Positions 11,254 through 24,173 of a DNA stretch of 64,000 nt are shown here, piece after piece. The translations under genes were made by a program, and so were the position numbers. The stretch comes from Pseudovirgaria hyperparasitica. Its lineage: Eukaryota. Location of the stretch: NCBI GenBank assembly GCA_010093815.1, contig ML996565.1, one strand, 5' to 3'. The notes under the pieces were generated by a model. It had not been told where the DNA came from. It made no database searches and saw nothing but the letters and a program-made list of their open reading frames with translations. Position 1 is the stretch's first letter. Every line of letters begins with the position of its first letter.

Positions 11254-14200
11254 CTAAGCCTCTTGGCTACTTGCTGATTGACTTTTAATTTGGCTACCAC
11301 TAAGCGTGGTCATCATATCACTCCCGTCGTCTTTGACTTCGGTGCTCATCCCAGCCCAGCTCTCGCCTGCAGTCTTCAACACGGCCGTGAGATTCAAGTC
11401 TTTGTGAAACCATCGTTCTCTTCGCGTAGTCTCTCTTGCACCTCCTTCTAGTGCGCTGCGACTGGCCCTGGTAGTACGTGCGCGTTTAGTAGCTCGTCCG
11501 CCCTCGGATAACAAGTTGGAAAGACGCAGACGAGCCGCTTCCAGCTTAAGGTCGGCAGCGGCAATACTCCGAACGTATGGAGCAACATCCACTACAACGA
11601 GGGAGAGAGGCCGGTCGACAATACATGAGTTTGCTGGTGTACCAACATAAAGCTGGTCATGACGTGGGATGGTGATCGGATTTAGTGTGACCAAAACGTT
11701 CTCAGGCGAGAAGTCGGGCAAATTTGCCTCTGCTTGTTTGTTGGCGAGTATAATATCGATAGACTTGGTCTCAATGGACGAGGCTCTAGCCTTCATAGGT
11801 CCCGTATCATCGCAGAGGTGTTGTAATTTCAAAGCCATAGCTATGGCTAGTTGTGTGTCGATATTCCTGTAGTCATTGACATGGTCTGCCTGGAGAAGCG
11901 GCAGGCCAGAGATGTAATTAAGTCGGGCCTTCTCAGAAATTGCGGGTTGCGTAGTATCCGCCAAAGCCTGTAACAGTCAGTTCTGTACTTACTATATTCC
12001 CAAGGTAAAGAACTTACGGAACGTGTGGCCGGAAGGTCGACACGACAGAAGACATCAGCTGCACTACGACCTTCCGCTAGGAAATCCAAAGTCTCAAGTT
12101 GCTCACGCGAATGGGAAGTGGGAGCTTGCTGAGGCGATGCGAATGTGCTACACATGCGGGCGGTGTCGACGGGGTCGACCAACCAATTGTCCCATAACTG
12201 TCTCGTCAACTCCTCCTCAATGACCATACCGGTGATCGCAGATTCGTGGACAGTGTCGCGTCCAATCCAACCCATACCGCTAAGATACGTGCCTTCGCTT
12301 GCTACGCGTAAAATCTTGCCCTCGCTGTCAACGTCTTTACCAGGCGGCCACCGTTGATAAATCCACTCCAGCCCTCCTTTTCGATCTCCAACTGCCATCT
12401 GGCACCAGAAATCCAACTCTGTAATGCTAGCCCGAAGGTCTTCGCTCTTAGCCCTATAGAGCGAAACCACATCTCTTCTATCAAGAATATGGCCTTCACG
12501 AGCAGCCATCAGGAGAAGATATGCTGAGACTATCTTTTCGGATGGAGGCGTAAATCGCAGGACGGCCTCAAAGGTAAGTTCAGCCATCGGAAGAAGACTT
12601 TCGTCGTTGCACGTCAGAATCATTGGGCGCTTCGACTGCATTGCCAAATCGATAACAGTACTCCAAAACCCTTTGTCCTCTTCAAAAAGTACGTCGACTT
12701 CCTCCAATAGGATCAAAGACTGCTGTTGTGACTTGCGTTGACGAATTGTCGTCTCCAGCTGACTCGCCACACGTGCTGATTTCGATTGAGATTCTTTCAC
12801 GACTTTGGCTTCTGGCTGGGCCTTCTTCCCTCCGGCTTGTTTTTGGAAAAAGGACGTCATCATCCCTTGTCGACCGCTTGCTATATCCTTCTGAAAAGCC
12901 TCTGCAGCTCTTTCGGTGTCCGAATCGACAAGATTTACCGTCAGTGGATCATCTTGTCTATTGCTGACGAGATGATTTTCAGTCATATCGCCGACTCGTT
13001 CAGTGATATCTTTACCACTTCTTTTGCTGCCGGCATTGATCTCGAAGACATCAAAATTCAACTCTTTTGCGATAGCATATACTGCGGCAGTCTTTCCACA
13101 TCCATGAGAACCGCTAATTAGGATCAAATTCTTTAATTTCCGAACCGATCCTTTTGAGTTTGAGTCTCCTATTCGTATCAGAGACTTAGGGCCATTGCGT
13201 CTTTTGAACGGCCCGTCGGATACATTTTCAGGATCTGTAAGCTCATCCAGATCACTGGCGCTATCCGAATCGACTATGAAGTCATCCAGCTCATTGGTCT
13301 TCTTTCTCTTCTTCGCAGGCTTCTGACGTTTACCCTTGCCAAGAGCCTTCTCCGACAAGTCTTTTGCTACGCCACCGACTGATTGGACCTTGAGGCTTGT
13401 CAACCAAGTCCGAAGAATAGCCATGGACTGTGTGCTTTGAAGCACGTCGGACGCTTTCTTTGGAGCATATTTGTGCGTCCAAGCTTGAGTGTCACACGTG
13501 CCCCTGTCAAATGAGGTTAAGGTGTCCTCAAATTGGTCCAGGAGTCCAAAAATTGCCGGGTGTGGCTCTAGTACCGCTGTAGATGAGGCGTTTGGTTGAG
13601 AATCTGAGGCCCTTAGGACATCGCTAAGCTGGCGCTTGACCTTGTCAAGAATTACGCTTCCATTGGTGACATGTCTTCGTGGCAGGCGTATCGACTTGGA
13701 CGGTGGTGGAAATCCGTTATCAGCGCAAACTTCTGATATTGGAATCTTTCTCAATGCTTGTCCGAAAGTACGGAGTATGTCCTCATCTTCAACGATATGT
13801 GTTGCATTTGCTTTCAATCGTCTACGGATTAGAGCAGAACGACCAGATCCCGGGCTATCTGGCAAATCCGGTTCGAAGGAGCCTCTTGTGTGAGCATTAC
13901 CTCTGCTTGGCCATGGTGCTTCTAACGAGCCTGGGCGCTTCACAGTGCTTGTGCGAGCGATGCCAGATCCACTAGATTCTGCGTCCGTGCCGTCCACTCT
14001 CGCATCACTTCGAAGCTTCCCAGGAGTGACAGTACTTCTCTTTGAGTATTGCGTCTTAGGAGCTTCTACTGTAGATTTATTCTCATCTTTTACATTGCGC
14101 TTGCCCATGAAAAATGGATGCGTTGTTTTGGGTTGGTTTTTTGGTCTGACGGGTGCAGCTACGATGTTTAGTTCATGAGTCTGGACTGTAGCAGCCATAA

Positions 14201-15313
14201 CTCTTGATGTTCCGCTCATGATGCTATCAATCTCATGTCCAATCTTTGTTGTACGTTCGCGATCCATCTGGAGAACGACCGAACTCGAATTACTTGAGCT
14301 TGGGTGAGTTATGGTACCGTAGCGGATGATAGCAATGCAAGAACTAATAGCCTTCACGCCTTTGCCTTTCGACCTAGTCCTTGGGGCCTTATTCCGTCCT
14401 TCTTTAGCGGCCGAATTTGAGATGGGAGAGCTGAACTTGCCACTTGAATTCAATCGCAGCATTTTTTTAGGGGTGGTGATCAATACAGCTGGCATCGGCT
14501 TTAGTATAGACGACTCATCATTCAACTGTTCTGTATTCGAAGTTTTAGGTGATCTTCTTGTACGTGTCTCTGGGGAAAGAGAGGCAGAATCCATCTCGGC
14601 GGGGGGCGTCGCTGGGATAATATGCTTGCTCTGTGGAATGTCGACTACGAAAGTGGTCGGGCTTGAAGCTTCCACCAGAATCCGTGCAGGAGGTTCGCCC
14701 GCTGCATTTTGTAATTGCTGACGCCAATCAAGATTTGGGTTCGGCTCGTTGGATGGGAGATTTCCGAGGTCTTCCTGCTTCTCAAGCCTAGGCGATGGGG
14801 AACCTGTCGTGACAGGCGTGGTTACCTGCGCCCCATCGCCAGGTTCCAGACTGATCTTTCGTCGTTTTTGTCTCCTTCCAGATGAATATCCATCGATCCT
14901 TGGGTCTATGCTGATAGCGCACGCCGCGCTAGCTGATCTACAGGCTTCTTCAGACCTGTTGAGCTCCGGGTTCTTTGTGAAGTTCTCTAGCAGTGCTTTG
15001 CTTTCTGCGGATACTGCCTGTTGCCCGAGTGACTTTCTTTGACGAGGCTCGCGCGTCTTTGAAGGCTCATTCCTGACTTCTTCAGATCCGGCATCCGACG
15101 CTGAGAAGCGCTCTTGGCCCTGTAGAGTAGGATCCTGATGAGGCTTGGGGGTGTTTGTTGCTCGATAGTCCGTATCTAGACACCTCAGTTCGGACGAGAA
15201 TTCTCCAGAGCTCTTGGATTGGAGCCAGACTGACCTTGGGTTTTGCTGAAGAACGGATGCAGTGACTTCGTGTCTCCGAGATTCATAGCGATACCAATTG
15301 TGAGAGCCGCCAT
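11254..15313 (-). CDS. ELG1: Elg1/ATAD5-like alternative RFC large subunit (AAA+ ATPase)
   Basis: Motifs WTHKYAP, Walker A GSHGCGKT, FEINAGSKRSGK, ILLEEVDVLFEEDKGFW, SKRPMILTCND. Introns 15176-15234 and 11968-12017 give a continuous frame. Confidence 0.88.
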
Positions 15314-15444
15314 GCGCCTGAGCTCAACTGAAACAGAAGGAATAGCAATAGTGCATAGTTACGCGGGGGAGGGAACTGTCGTGGATTCAGACTGGGGTGT
15401 TCGCTGATTCTGCTGAACGAGCATTCAATTCAGTCAATGGAGGC

Positions 15445-15464
15445 ACGCGTCCTGAGTGACGCGC
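15445..15464. promoter_or_regulatory. MCB-like sites in the ELG1/UTP8 divergent promoter
   Basis: ACGCGT at 15445-15450 and ACGCGC at 15459-15464, about 130-150 bp upstream of the ELG1 ATG. Confidence 0.5.
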
Positions 15465-15687
15465 CTGAACACGGGAGCGGGATTGCATTAGACCCAATTG
15501 GGACTAGCCTAGACCAGCTATGCACGCCCCATCAGCGCCCCAAGCACGAGCCACAGTACAGCGCCAAGAGTTCGAACTTTTTATTTTGGAGAGCTCAATT
15601 CTCTGGCTTCACAACCACCGCAAAATTCTACGGCGCAGTAGAGCTGTTACAACTTTACCGGTCCCTAGACTGGCCAGTACTACCATT

Positions 15688-18600
15688 ATGTCTGCTGAGA
15701 AAGAGTTTGACAATCCTTTCGCGATTGCTACTCTGACACAACCCATTGGCGGTTCACATTGTGGCCGAATCCTTTCATCGGTAGCATATGGGCTCAGCGG
15801 CTCCAGGAAACGCAAGCGAGCAGAAATTGTCGTAAGCTCTGATGGAGAAGGTATTCATATCTACAATGTAGGGCTATGGCTATATGGGCTACATACTGGC
15901 CTAACAGTGTCATACAGGTTCAAACATCGCGTGTAGTCGCATCATATGCGGTTCCTCCGCAAGCCTCTTTCAACACAACACCCTGCTGTGTCTATCGTCG
16001 ACCTTCCAAAGGTCTTCCTGCCCGTCGATGTACATACTCCTCCACTGTGCAGGCTTTGAACGGAGCAGGGAGTCCACAGGTCATTTGCTTCGATGAAGAG
16101 TCTGAGCCCGGCACACTGGGCAACATGCGAAAGCTCACTTTTGACATACCAAAGGAGCGGTCAGACGTGGTGGCGATCGAAGCTGTACCGACCGCTAGTG
16201 GCTATTATAGTCAAGAGTTTGTCTTTGAGATTATTGTTGTTTACCAAGACGGTAAACTGGATTGTCTATCATCGGATCTCCAGACATTGCAATGGACATC
16301 CGACCTGAGGTCTATCCTTCCCTCCCAACCTTCTCGAAATAATGCCACTAGTATGAGCGTAGGATATGCATACGTCACCAATGCCCTCCAGGCGAGCCGC
16401 GGTCTCTTCAAGGGACGCGACGATGTTGTCGCAATTCTGCAAGGCTCTAGGGAAGCAGACCCTGGAGTGCTTGCGGGCACACCTGTGGTGGTGCTGGCTA
16501 CCACTTTGGGAGGATCTGCGCAGCTTGACCTCCATGCCTTCTCACTGCGACCAGCGCTTCAATCCGGCTTAACATCTCGAGACGCTACAGCTAGACATCT
16601 TGTATCCTGGCGCCTTCCTAAAGCTACAATGTCGGCGGACTTGGCTGCCTCCAAGATTAGTGTACAGGCTGATACAGGAACTGTTACTTATCTCGCGCCT
16701 GATGGACTGGTCACCTATAGACTCCACGACGCTATACCGAAGGAGGTCTCGTATCTCGGCTGCTCCGATGGCCAATTTCGGTCTTTCCTTAGGCTCACTC
16801 CATCACTTGCTCTGGCCGTATCTGATTTGTACTGCGGACTCTTCGACCTGACCTATCAGACACTTCAAGCCACTTTGCGCTTCAGTCAGTCTGAACCACC
16901 GAACGGCGTGGACAAGAAGCGATCCCGCGGTGTAGCTGAGTCTACTATGAAAGACGTCACGTTCATTGGCTACTTTGCAGCACTCGACCTAGCTGTTGGC
17001 TCTACAGCTACGGAACTGGTTGGGTTTCCGCTCGGTTCGATTCTTCCACGGAGACATGGCAAGAAGGAAGCAAGTCTCTTAATCGACTCCATTGGAAAAG
17101 GCCTTCGAAATGGCCTGCCAGCACAAGTAATCACCCAGAATAGTGCAGGCCCTGTGGATTTGGCCAAGGATTTCAAGGAAAAGATTAATCTTCTGGATGA
17201 GCAGGACGATGTTTTTGGATTCGAACGGGAGTTCGCTGAAGCTGTTGGCATCGAAAGAGACACTACGGAATTTGATACGTGGGCGAAAAGCCACACCAAT
17301 GGGACGAATAAGGCCTTGAAAACCAATGGAACTACCTCACCACAGCATGACGGCATGGATGTCGATGCACCCAGTGATGAGGTGCCGTTACCGTCCTGGA
17401 ACTTTCCCGCAAGGTTTGATATAAAGGACCGCTTCAGGCACGAACCTCTCGCGATGTACGCTCTATCGAAACTCTTCTCATGGGCCCCGGAAACCAAAAA
17501 TTCTACACTACCCTTAAAGATGCCCACAATCGTGGCTGATGCTTACATGCCAAATATCTTCCAGTACCTACTTTTGACAGAGTGCTTCAATAAGAACACC
17601 ATACAACGTGCACTGCGCATCCATTCAGGCGTTCCGGGAGACATGCGTATCGTCAATGATGGTGATGTTGTTACAGCGCTCGTCGACCTCGACCCAAGTT
17701 TTGGCATCCTACGTACCGTGCTGGAGTCCGGGTCATATCTATCGATTGGCGAGGTCACATCCTCAATCAAGCTCATAGTACAACGACTCGGCGCTCAGGC
17801 TGTGTCAGAACTCAATGCACGTCTCCTACTTCACAGTGACCCGCCGATCAACGGAGTGGACAATGATCAGGATGTTGAAAAGGCTATCAGCTCAATGTCA
17901 GATGTGATTGACGACACCCACGCATATCTTGACAACATGCCATCCGCCGATGTCGAAAACAACTTTATTCTGTTTTGCTGCTTCCAAGGGGCTTTGAAAG
18001 CTCTATACACGTTCCCAAAGCCAACTATTGTAGCTGGTCTCCGTACAGCCTTGGACCACGACCAATTATTTGTTCTCCTGAACTTACTGCGAATCCAGTT
18101 AAGCGGCGGTGGCTGGGCATCCCGCTACTTCGACAGCGAAGCCTCCGAACCCCAAGACGACGACTCCTCATCCGACGACCAGATCATCATAATCGCAAAC
18201 CTCCTTTCGACCGTCCTCGATACAATCGGCGTAGGTGGCTGGCTCCTCGCCTCGCAACGCTCCCAAGATCCAACCACATCCACCACTACGATCGAGCAAG
18301 AAGACAGCCCCGAAACCCTGATCCACGACCTCCACGAAGTTGTCTCTGCTGTCGCCGAAGGCATTCACGAAGTCACCTTCATGAACGGCCTCCTCTCCGA
18401 CTTTCTCCGCTACGAACACCGCCTCAAGACCTCCTCATCCAAGACCACCACCACCACCGCAGTTTCGCGCAACAAACAACACAACAAGAAACCGTATAAG
18501 GTTTCGACCGCAAGCGACGCCCTGTATGGCGCCGACGCCTACGCCGACTCTCGTATCCTCCCGCTCGGCATGCTCGTCAAGGATGCCCCAGCGCTCATGA

Positions 18601-18704
18601 AGAACGCGCCCAATGGCACAGAAGTCAAGAAGAGTATGCGCCAGATCGGCTATGAGCTGAGTAAGATGGTGCCCAAGTATAGCGTCGAGCGGATTGAGAT
18701 ATGA
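15688..18704 (+). CDS. UTP8: Utp8-like SSU processome/U3-associated protein
   Basis: N-terminus RKRKRAEIVVSSDGEGIHIYN-VQTSRVVASYAVPPQ and C-terminus VPKYSVERIEI resemble filamentous-fungal Utp8 homologues. Intron 15868-15917. Confidence 0.6.
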
Positions 18705-19140
18705 TCTGATAGAGAGTCTTTTGGGTTGTCGGCTTTGGTGTAGGCGACTACCTGGGGTTTTATACATATACATATATGGATATACGTGTGTGTATGTGTG
18801 TATATATGAAATGAATGAAATTTGTTGTTCCACGTCGTATTAGGTTTTTGCCGTTCCGTGCCGTGACTGTAAATGTGATGTAATTATGCGACTTATTTGT
18901 GCTTTTTTGTAAACGCAATCCATTGTACTAACTAACTGAATAACTAATGCCTTGAACTGCCCGAAAGGACACTAGACAAGATGAGGATAAGATACGATAA
19001 AATATGCTATGCAGCGCTAATTTCTGACTGGAGAACGCCCTCTAGCCTTGCCAACTCCATCTCCCCCTTTCTCCTCCCTATACACAACCCTACCCTACCC
19101 CTCCATACCTACGACAAAGATAACCCCCAAACAAAGCCAT

Positions 19141-20511
19141 CTACACAAACACATCCCCACGAAAAATCCTCCTCGCCGTCGTAACGACACTGACATCCGC
19201 AACCCGCACGCCCAGCGGCACGCTCGCGTCCTCTACATTCCGGACCACGGCCTCGACGACGCCGCTGCGATGTGCGATTGCCTTTTTCACTCCTCCCATT
19301 CCTCCCGCCCTTCCTCCCGTTTCAGGGCTTCGCAGGGGCTCCTCAGACCTAGCCTTGCGAGCGATGAGGCTGGGCACCGTACCAGGCATCGTGAGAGCAG
19401 CGCTCAGCGCGACGGTGCCGGTGAGTTGGAATGAAGGGTGCGGGGAGCCCATGCTGAATGGAACGACGCGGATATCGACGTGCGAGGAGGGCGAGGGAGG
19501 GTAGCAGAGGACGATTTTGGGGACTGCTCTTGTGCGCGCGGCGTCTTGTGGGGTGTGTGCGAGGCCAAATAAGACGGCGGCGTGGCAGCGGGTTGATTCG
19601 AGTGCGGTGTGTAGATCTGGGCTGTCGAGGTCTGACTGGGTGATTGGAGTGGGGAGGGTTGCTGCGTCGACGAAGACGAAGGGGTTTGCGGCGTCGATGA
19701 GGCTGGCTTGTATGCATGTGCTTTCGCCGGTGGAGAGGGACGGAAACGTGAGGGTGTCGGATGGGTTGCCGGTCGGGTAGAACTGGCGGGTCCCGACGGT
19801 GCCGGAGGGATTTGTCCAGGACAGCTTGAGGGGCGATCCGGAGCCGGCGTAGCCGGATATCTTGTGAGTACCGTCTGCGAGGAAGGTGCCATCGGGGGCA
19901 ACCTGGAGGGTTTGGGAGATGAGAGCGCCGGTGTTAGTGTCGTGGACGCGGACGACGGCCTAGACGTTGTTAATATATGTTTGAGGGGAACGGGAGTCCG
20001 GAACGTGAGATCGGACCTGTTTCTGGCCTGGCTTGACGCGGACAAGACCTTCGTCGAGGGCAAATGGGCCGACACCGCTGCAGATGTTGCCGCAACTTCC
20101 TCGGAGATCGACTTTGTTTTCGCCGACGGCAACTTGAGCGAAGGTGAAGTCAACGTCTGCATCCGGGTGGCTAGATGGAGACACAATGGCTGCTTTCGAG
20201 GTCGTTGAAGTGGCGCCGCCGACGCCGTCGAGTTGTCTCCTGTCTCCGTTGCCAGAGCCCATTATAGTGCTTAGAATCTGAGGCCAGGCAGATTTGGTCT
20301 GAGGCATGTGGTCGCCGTGGAGGAAGATGCCACGAGAAGTCCCGGCACGCATTAGCACTGCAGGTATACATCTGCCAGGTCTAGACAGAGGATGAGTGAC
20401 AACTCGGGGAGTCGCGAGGCGGCTGAGATTTGGTAACGCGCTGTGTAGCATTTCATTGTGCGCCGTACCCACGAGAACCGAGGACGAAACTGAAGATCGC
20501 AAAGAAGCCAT
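19141..20511 (-). CDS. prpF: PrpF-family (AcnD-accessory / aconitate- or methylitaconate-isomerase-like) protein
   Basis: MRAGTSRGIF, RQLDGVGGATSTTSK, GSCGNICSGVGPFA, SLIDAANPFVFV and C-terminal TARRIFRGDVFV. Intron 19960-20016 joins the frames. Start may be 20451. Confidence 0.88.
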
Positions 20512-21994
20512 TGAATTGATGTTCGCATACCCAACCAGCGATTGGGAGCGGGTTGTAAGTGGTGTTTATGCTTCCGCTCATAAGGGGTCACAGAGCATTG
20601 GATGCCGATTTTGATATCCCTGAAAGGGGTACGCCCTTCATTCTCACCGAGTCTCACTTATGTTGTCAATGTGGCATGGATAGTGTAGCGGACTTTGCTG
20701 TTGATGTCGCATTTACAATATTACAGAAGAAAATTGTAGAGTCGTGGGTCCTCCATCAAGATACAAGGTGGGATCTCTGGGGCGCGTCTTAGCATCAGCA
20801 AGCCGTAAGCTGGACGACGGAAGACATGCTGTGAGGGTTCTGTTTGAAATTAGATCATCCGATACACTCCTCTGTGCTGTAAAGGTTCAGTGTTTAAGCG
20901 GTGAAGGTTAATCAAAATGTGACTTCGATCAGTACACATCAACAGTCTACTATGTCGAAATTGCGGAATGGACATGTCTGGAAGACGAAAATTGAGTGTC
21001 GGTGTCGGATATAGTGAAAGTACTCAAATGCCCTTGTACGTTTAGCTAGGTCTTATGGCTCCAGAATGTATTCATAGGCCAATGTCGAGGAAGACCTCCA
21101 GTCCGAAAGAGTATAGTGATGGTGCAGCCCATTACCCAGGCCGCACTAGAAGGTGTTATAAGTACGTGATCCACCGTGAGACAGGCGTTGAGAAGAAATA
21201 TTGGTACAATCTTCTTACGTAGTACATCCTTGTACATAGTACATCAAAATCAGAGAAAGATGACGTGCGACAAGGATCAGAGATGATCTATCCATAACAC
21301 ATCTGTATGACGTGTGATTTCATGTCAAGCAGCAAGCTGTGGCAGATTCTAGACTTGGATCACAGCAAATAGACCCTGGGATGAATGCAAATTCGATAAA
21401 TGAATGTGCTGTTGTTAGAGACGTCGACTGACTAGCTGATTAGCAGCATGGCAGAGCTATCGTCATGAGCGAGTGTGAGCTGAGAGACTTTGCGAATGAA
21501 CTTATTTGTTTCGTCATGGCGAAATCAAGGGAGAAACGATATGTAACAAGAACACTGCCCGCTATGTAAGATGGGGTAAAGACAAAAGAACTGTATGCCA
21601 AGCAGTGTGGGGGTTTGAACAGGGTCGTTTTGTTTTTGTGGGCCACGAGTGACGGAACGGCGCGGTGAATCCATCGACCATGGGATCCCGCTGCACCATC
21701 TTCTGAGACGGCCATCTCGAGCTGATGATTAATTAACATCCATGTTACGGTTGATATTGGACTTCAAGCCTTGGCAGGCTCACGGTCACCAAAGTCCCGC
21801 GCAAAAAGCACTGTCGAGAAAAAAGTTCTCGAAAGAAACTTCCGACAGTCTGAGTGGCGGCGATGCGAATACGAGGTCACATATACAACCTTTCAGGATC
21901 TGGTCTAATATATTTTGGGAGGCAGATCATAGATGATTCATCCGACTTTCATCTGAACATTCTTCGCAGTTAGCCTCTTACTGTGCTTGTTAGC

Positions 21995-23687
21995 ATGGGC
22001 TCACCAAACGCTGTCGAGCTCAAACTCCGGGACCAAACCAACATCCTTCCACTCAAACGCCTTGTCATCGTTTATGCAACTCTCTCGCTCTCACTCTTCA
22101 TTTGCTATGCCGACCAGAACGGCATTGGGGTTGCATTGCCAACTATCGCGAGGGACCTCGATGCCGGCGATACAATATCATGGGCAGGGACGTCTTCGCT
22201 CATCGCCAACACAGTTTTCCAAGTCCTCTACGGACGGCTGTCTGACATCTTCGGGCGTAAGGTGATATACCTATCCGCGATTGCGCTGCTGGTTGTCGCC
22301 GACGTTTTGTGCTCAATCGCACCGAACGCATATGCATTTTATGTCTTTCGCGGCATGGCTGGTGTTGCTAATGGCGGCATCAACTCTTTGACAATGATGA
22401 TTGTGTCTGATGTTGTAACGTTGAAACAGCGAGGCAAATACCAGGGTATTCTGGGGGCTTGTATCGGGCTCGGTAACACGTTTGGGTATGTCGAGCGTCA
22501 ACTCTGTCCATACTCGTCTGCTAACGACGGCACAGTCCCCTTGTGAGTGGCGCTTTCGCTCAATACTTGACCTGGCGTGGATTCTTTTGGCTGTTAGCTC
22601 CTATGGGGGCGTGCTGTGCTGTCTCTGGGTGGTTCCTAGTTCCGAGCAAGCCTGTAGAAGGGCATGTCATGGACAAAGTCAAGCTCATAGACTGGTGGGG
22701 GATTCTCACAGGAACAGTAGCCATAATACTGCTCCTCATTCCAATCTCTGGAGGTGGGGCATACTTCGAATGGACCTCACCTATGGTCATCGTCATGCTG
22801 ACCATAGGCGCTGTGGCGCTTGTAGCTTTTCTGCTAGTGGAAGCATTCATATCGAAGTTGCCAATGACGCCCTGTAAGCTCTGCTGACGACCCGTGGATG
22901 TCAAACTGTAGCTGACAAAACCTTAGTGTCGATGTTCACTATCACCCCAGTCGCCGTGATGCTGGCTCAGAATCTGGTGTTTGGAATGGCGTATTACTCC
23001 GAACTATACTATCTTCCACTGTACTTTGAAAATGTTCGTGGCTGGTCGCCTATAATATCAGCTTCTCTTACGATACCTCTCGTTATCGCACAGGCGGCCA
23101 TGAGTGCGTTATCCGGGCAATATATCTCCTGGGCCAGTCGGTACGGAGAGGTCATCTGGAGTGGATATGCGATTTGGACTTTAGGCGCCGGTCTTATGAT
23201 ACTATTTGACCGGAACACATCAGCCGTTGTTATCATCTTTATCACACTTGTGACTGGCCTCGGCGTCGGCAATGTGTTTCAGCCGGTGCTGGTCGCTTTG
23301 CAAGCCCACGCGCCTCGACATCAACGTGCAGTCATCATCTCTAATCGCAACTTCCTGAGATCACTCGGCGGCGCAGCAGGACTTGCCATCAGTGCCGCGA
23401 TCCTCCAAAGCTCCTTGAGAGGCGCATTGCCCAGCGAGCTGTCTTATATCGCCAAGAATGCGTATGCTCGACCGAGCCTGGAAAGCTTCACAGAGTCGGA
23501 GAGAGAAGCCATCGTCGATGCTTATATGACGGGACTAAGGACAGTATTTACTTGGTTGGTGCCGCTCATTGGGTTTTGTCTCTTGAGCTGTATACTGGTG
23601 AAAGACAACGGCTTGGAGCATAGGGAGAACGACGCAAAGGGGCCGGAAGCGGAATCTCGATCCAGTAAAAGTGATGAGAAGGTATGA
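21995..23687 (+). CDS. MFS transporter, 14-TMS drug:H+ antiporter (DHA2-like) family
   Basis: Motif A YGRLSDIFGRK, IVSDVVTLKQRGKYQG, many hydrophobic helices. Introns 22486-22535 and 22874-22926. Confidence 0.92.
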
Positions 23688-24173
23688 TCGGGTGGTACGT
23701 ATACATAGAACATGATTTAACAAGGAGAAGCATCATGATGACACGTGAGCGCCTGGAGCTTACCGGACATCGTGCTGTGTTTCGGTGGTGAATGAGATCC
23801 TGGCATGTCGAAGAGTCAATCAGTCCAGACTGCTGGAATCAACTCTGCTAGGTGCAGTGGAACACGCGAATGCCGCAAAGAGTCAAATCCCTTTCTCGAT
23901 TTGGTTCACGGGTAGTCTTCTTCCAGAAAGGTATCATATTTTTGGTTAGCGAAGGTCAGTGCAGGTAGTACAGATTCATCAGTCAGTCATCGAAGACATG
24001 CTATACCGAAACATGAATGTCAGTGATTGGATACATATAATACACCTAGATGTCCATGCCAATCGTCGAGATATGGCATAACTACATATGCATGTCAATC
24101 GAAGCGCTTCAAGCCCTACAATGCAAAGCTTTCGCTGCATTCGACTTGTCAGTACATACACATCGCCATATAC

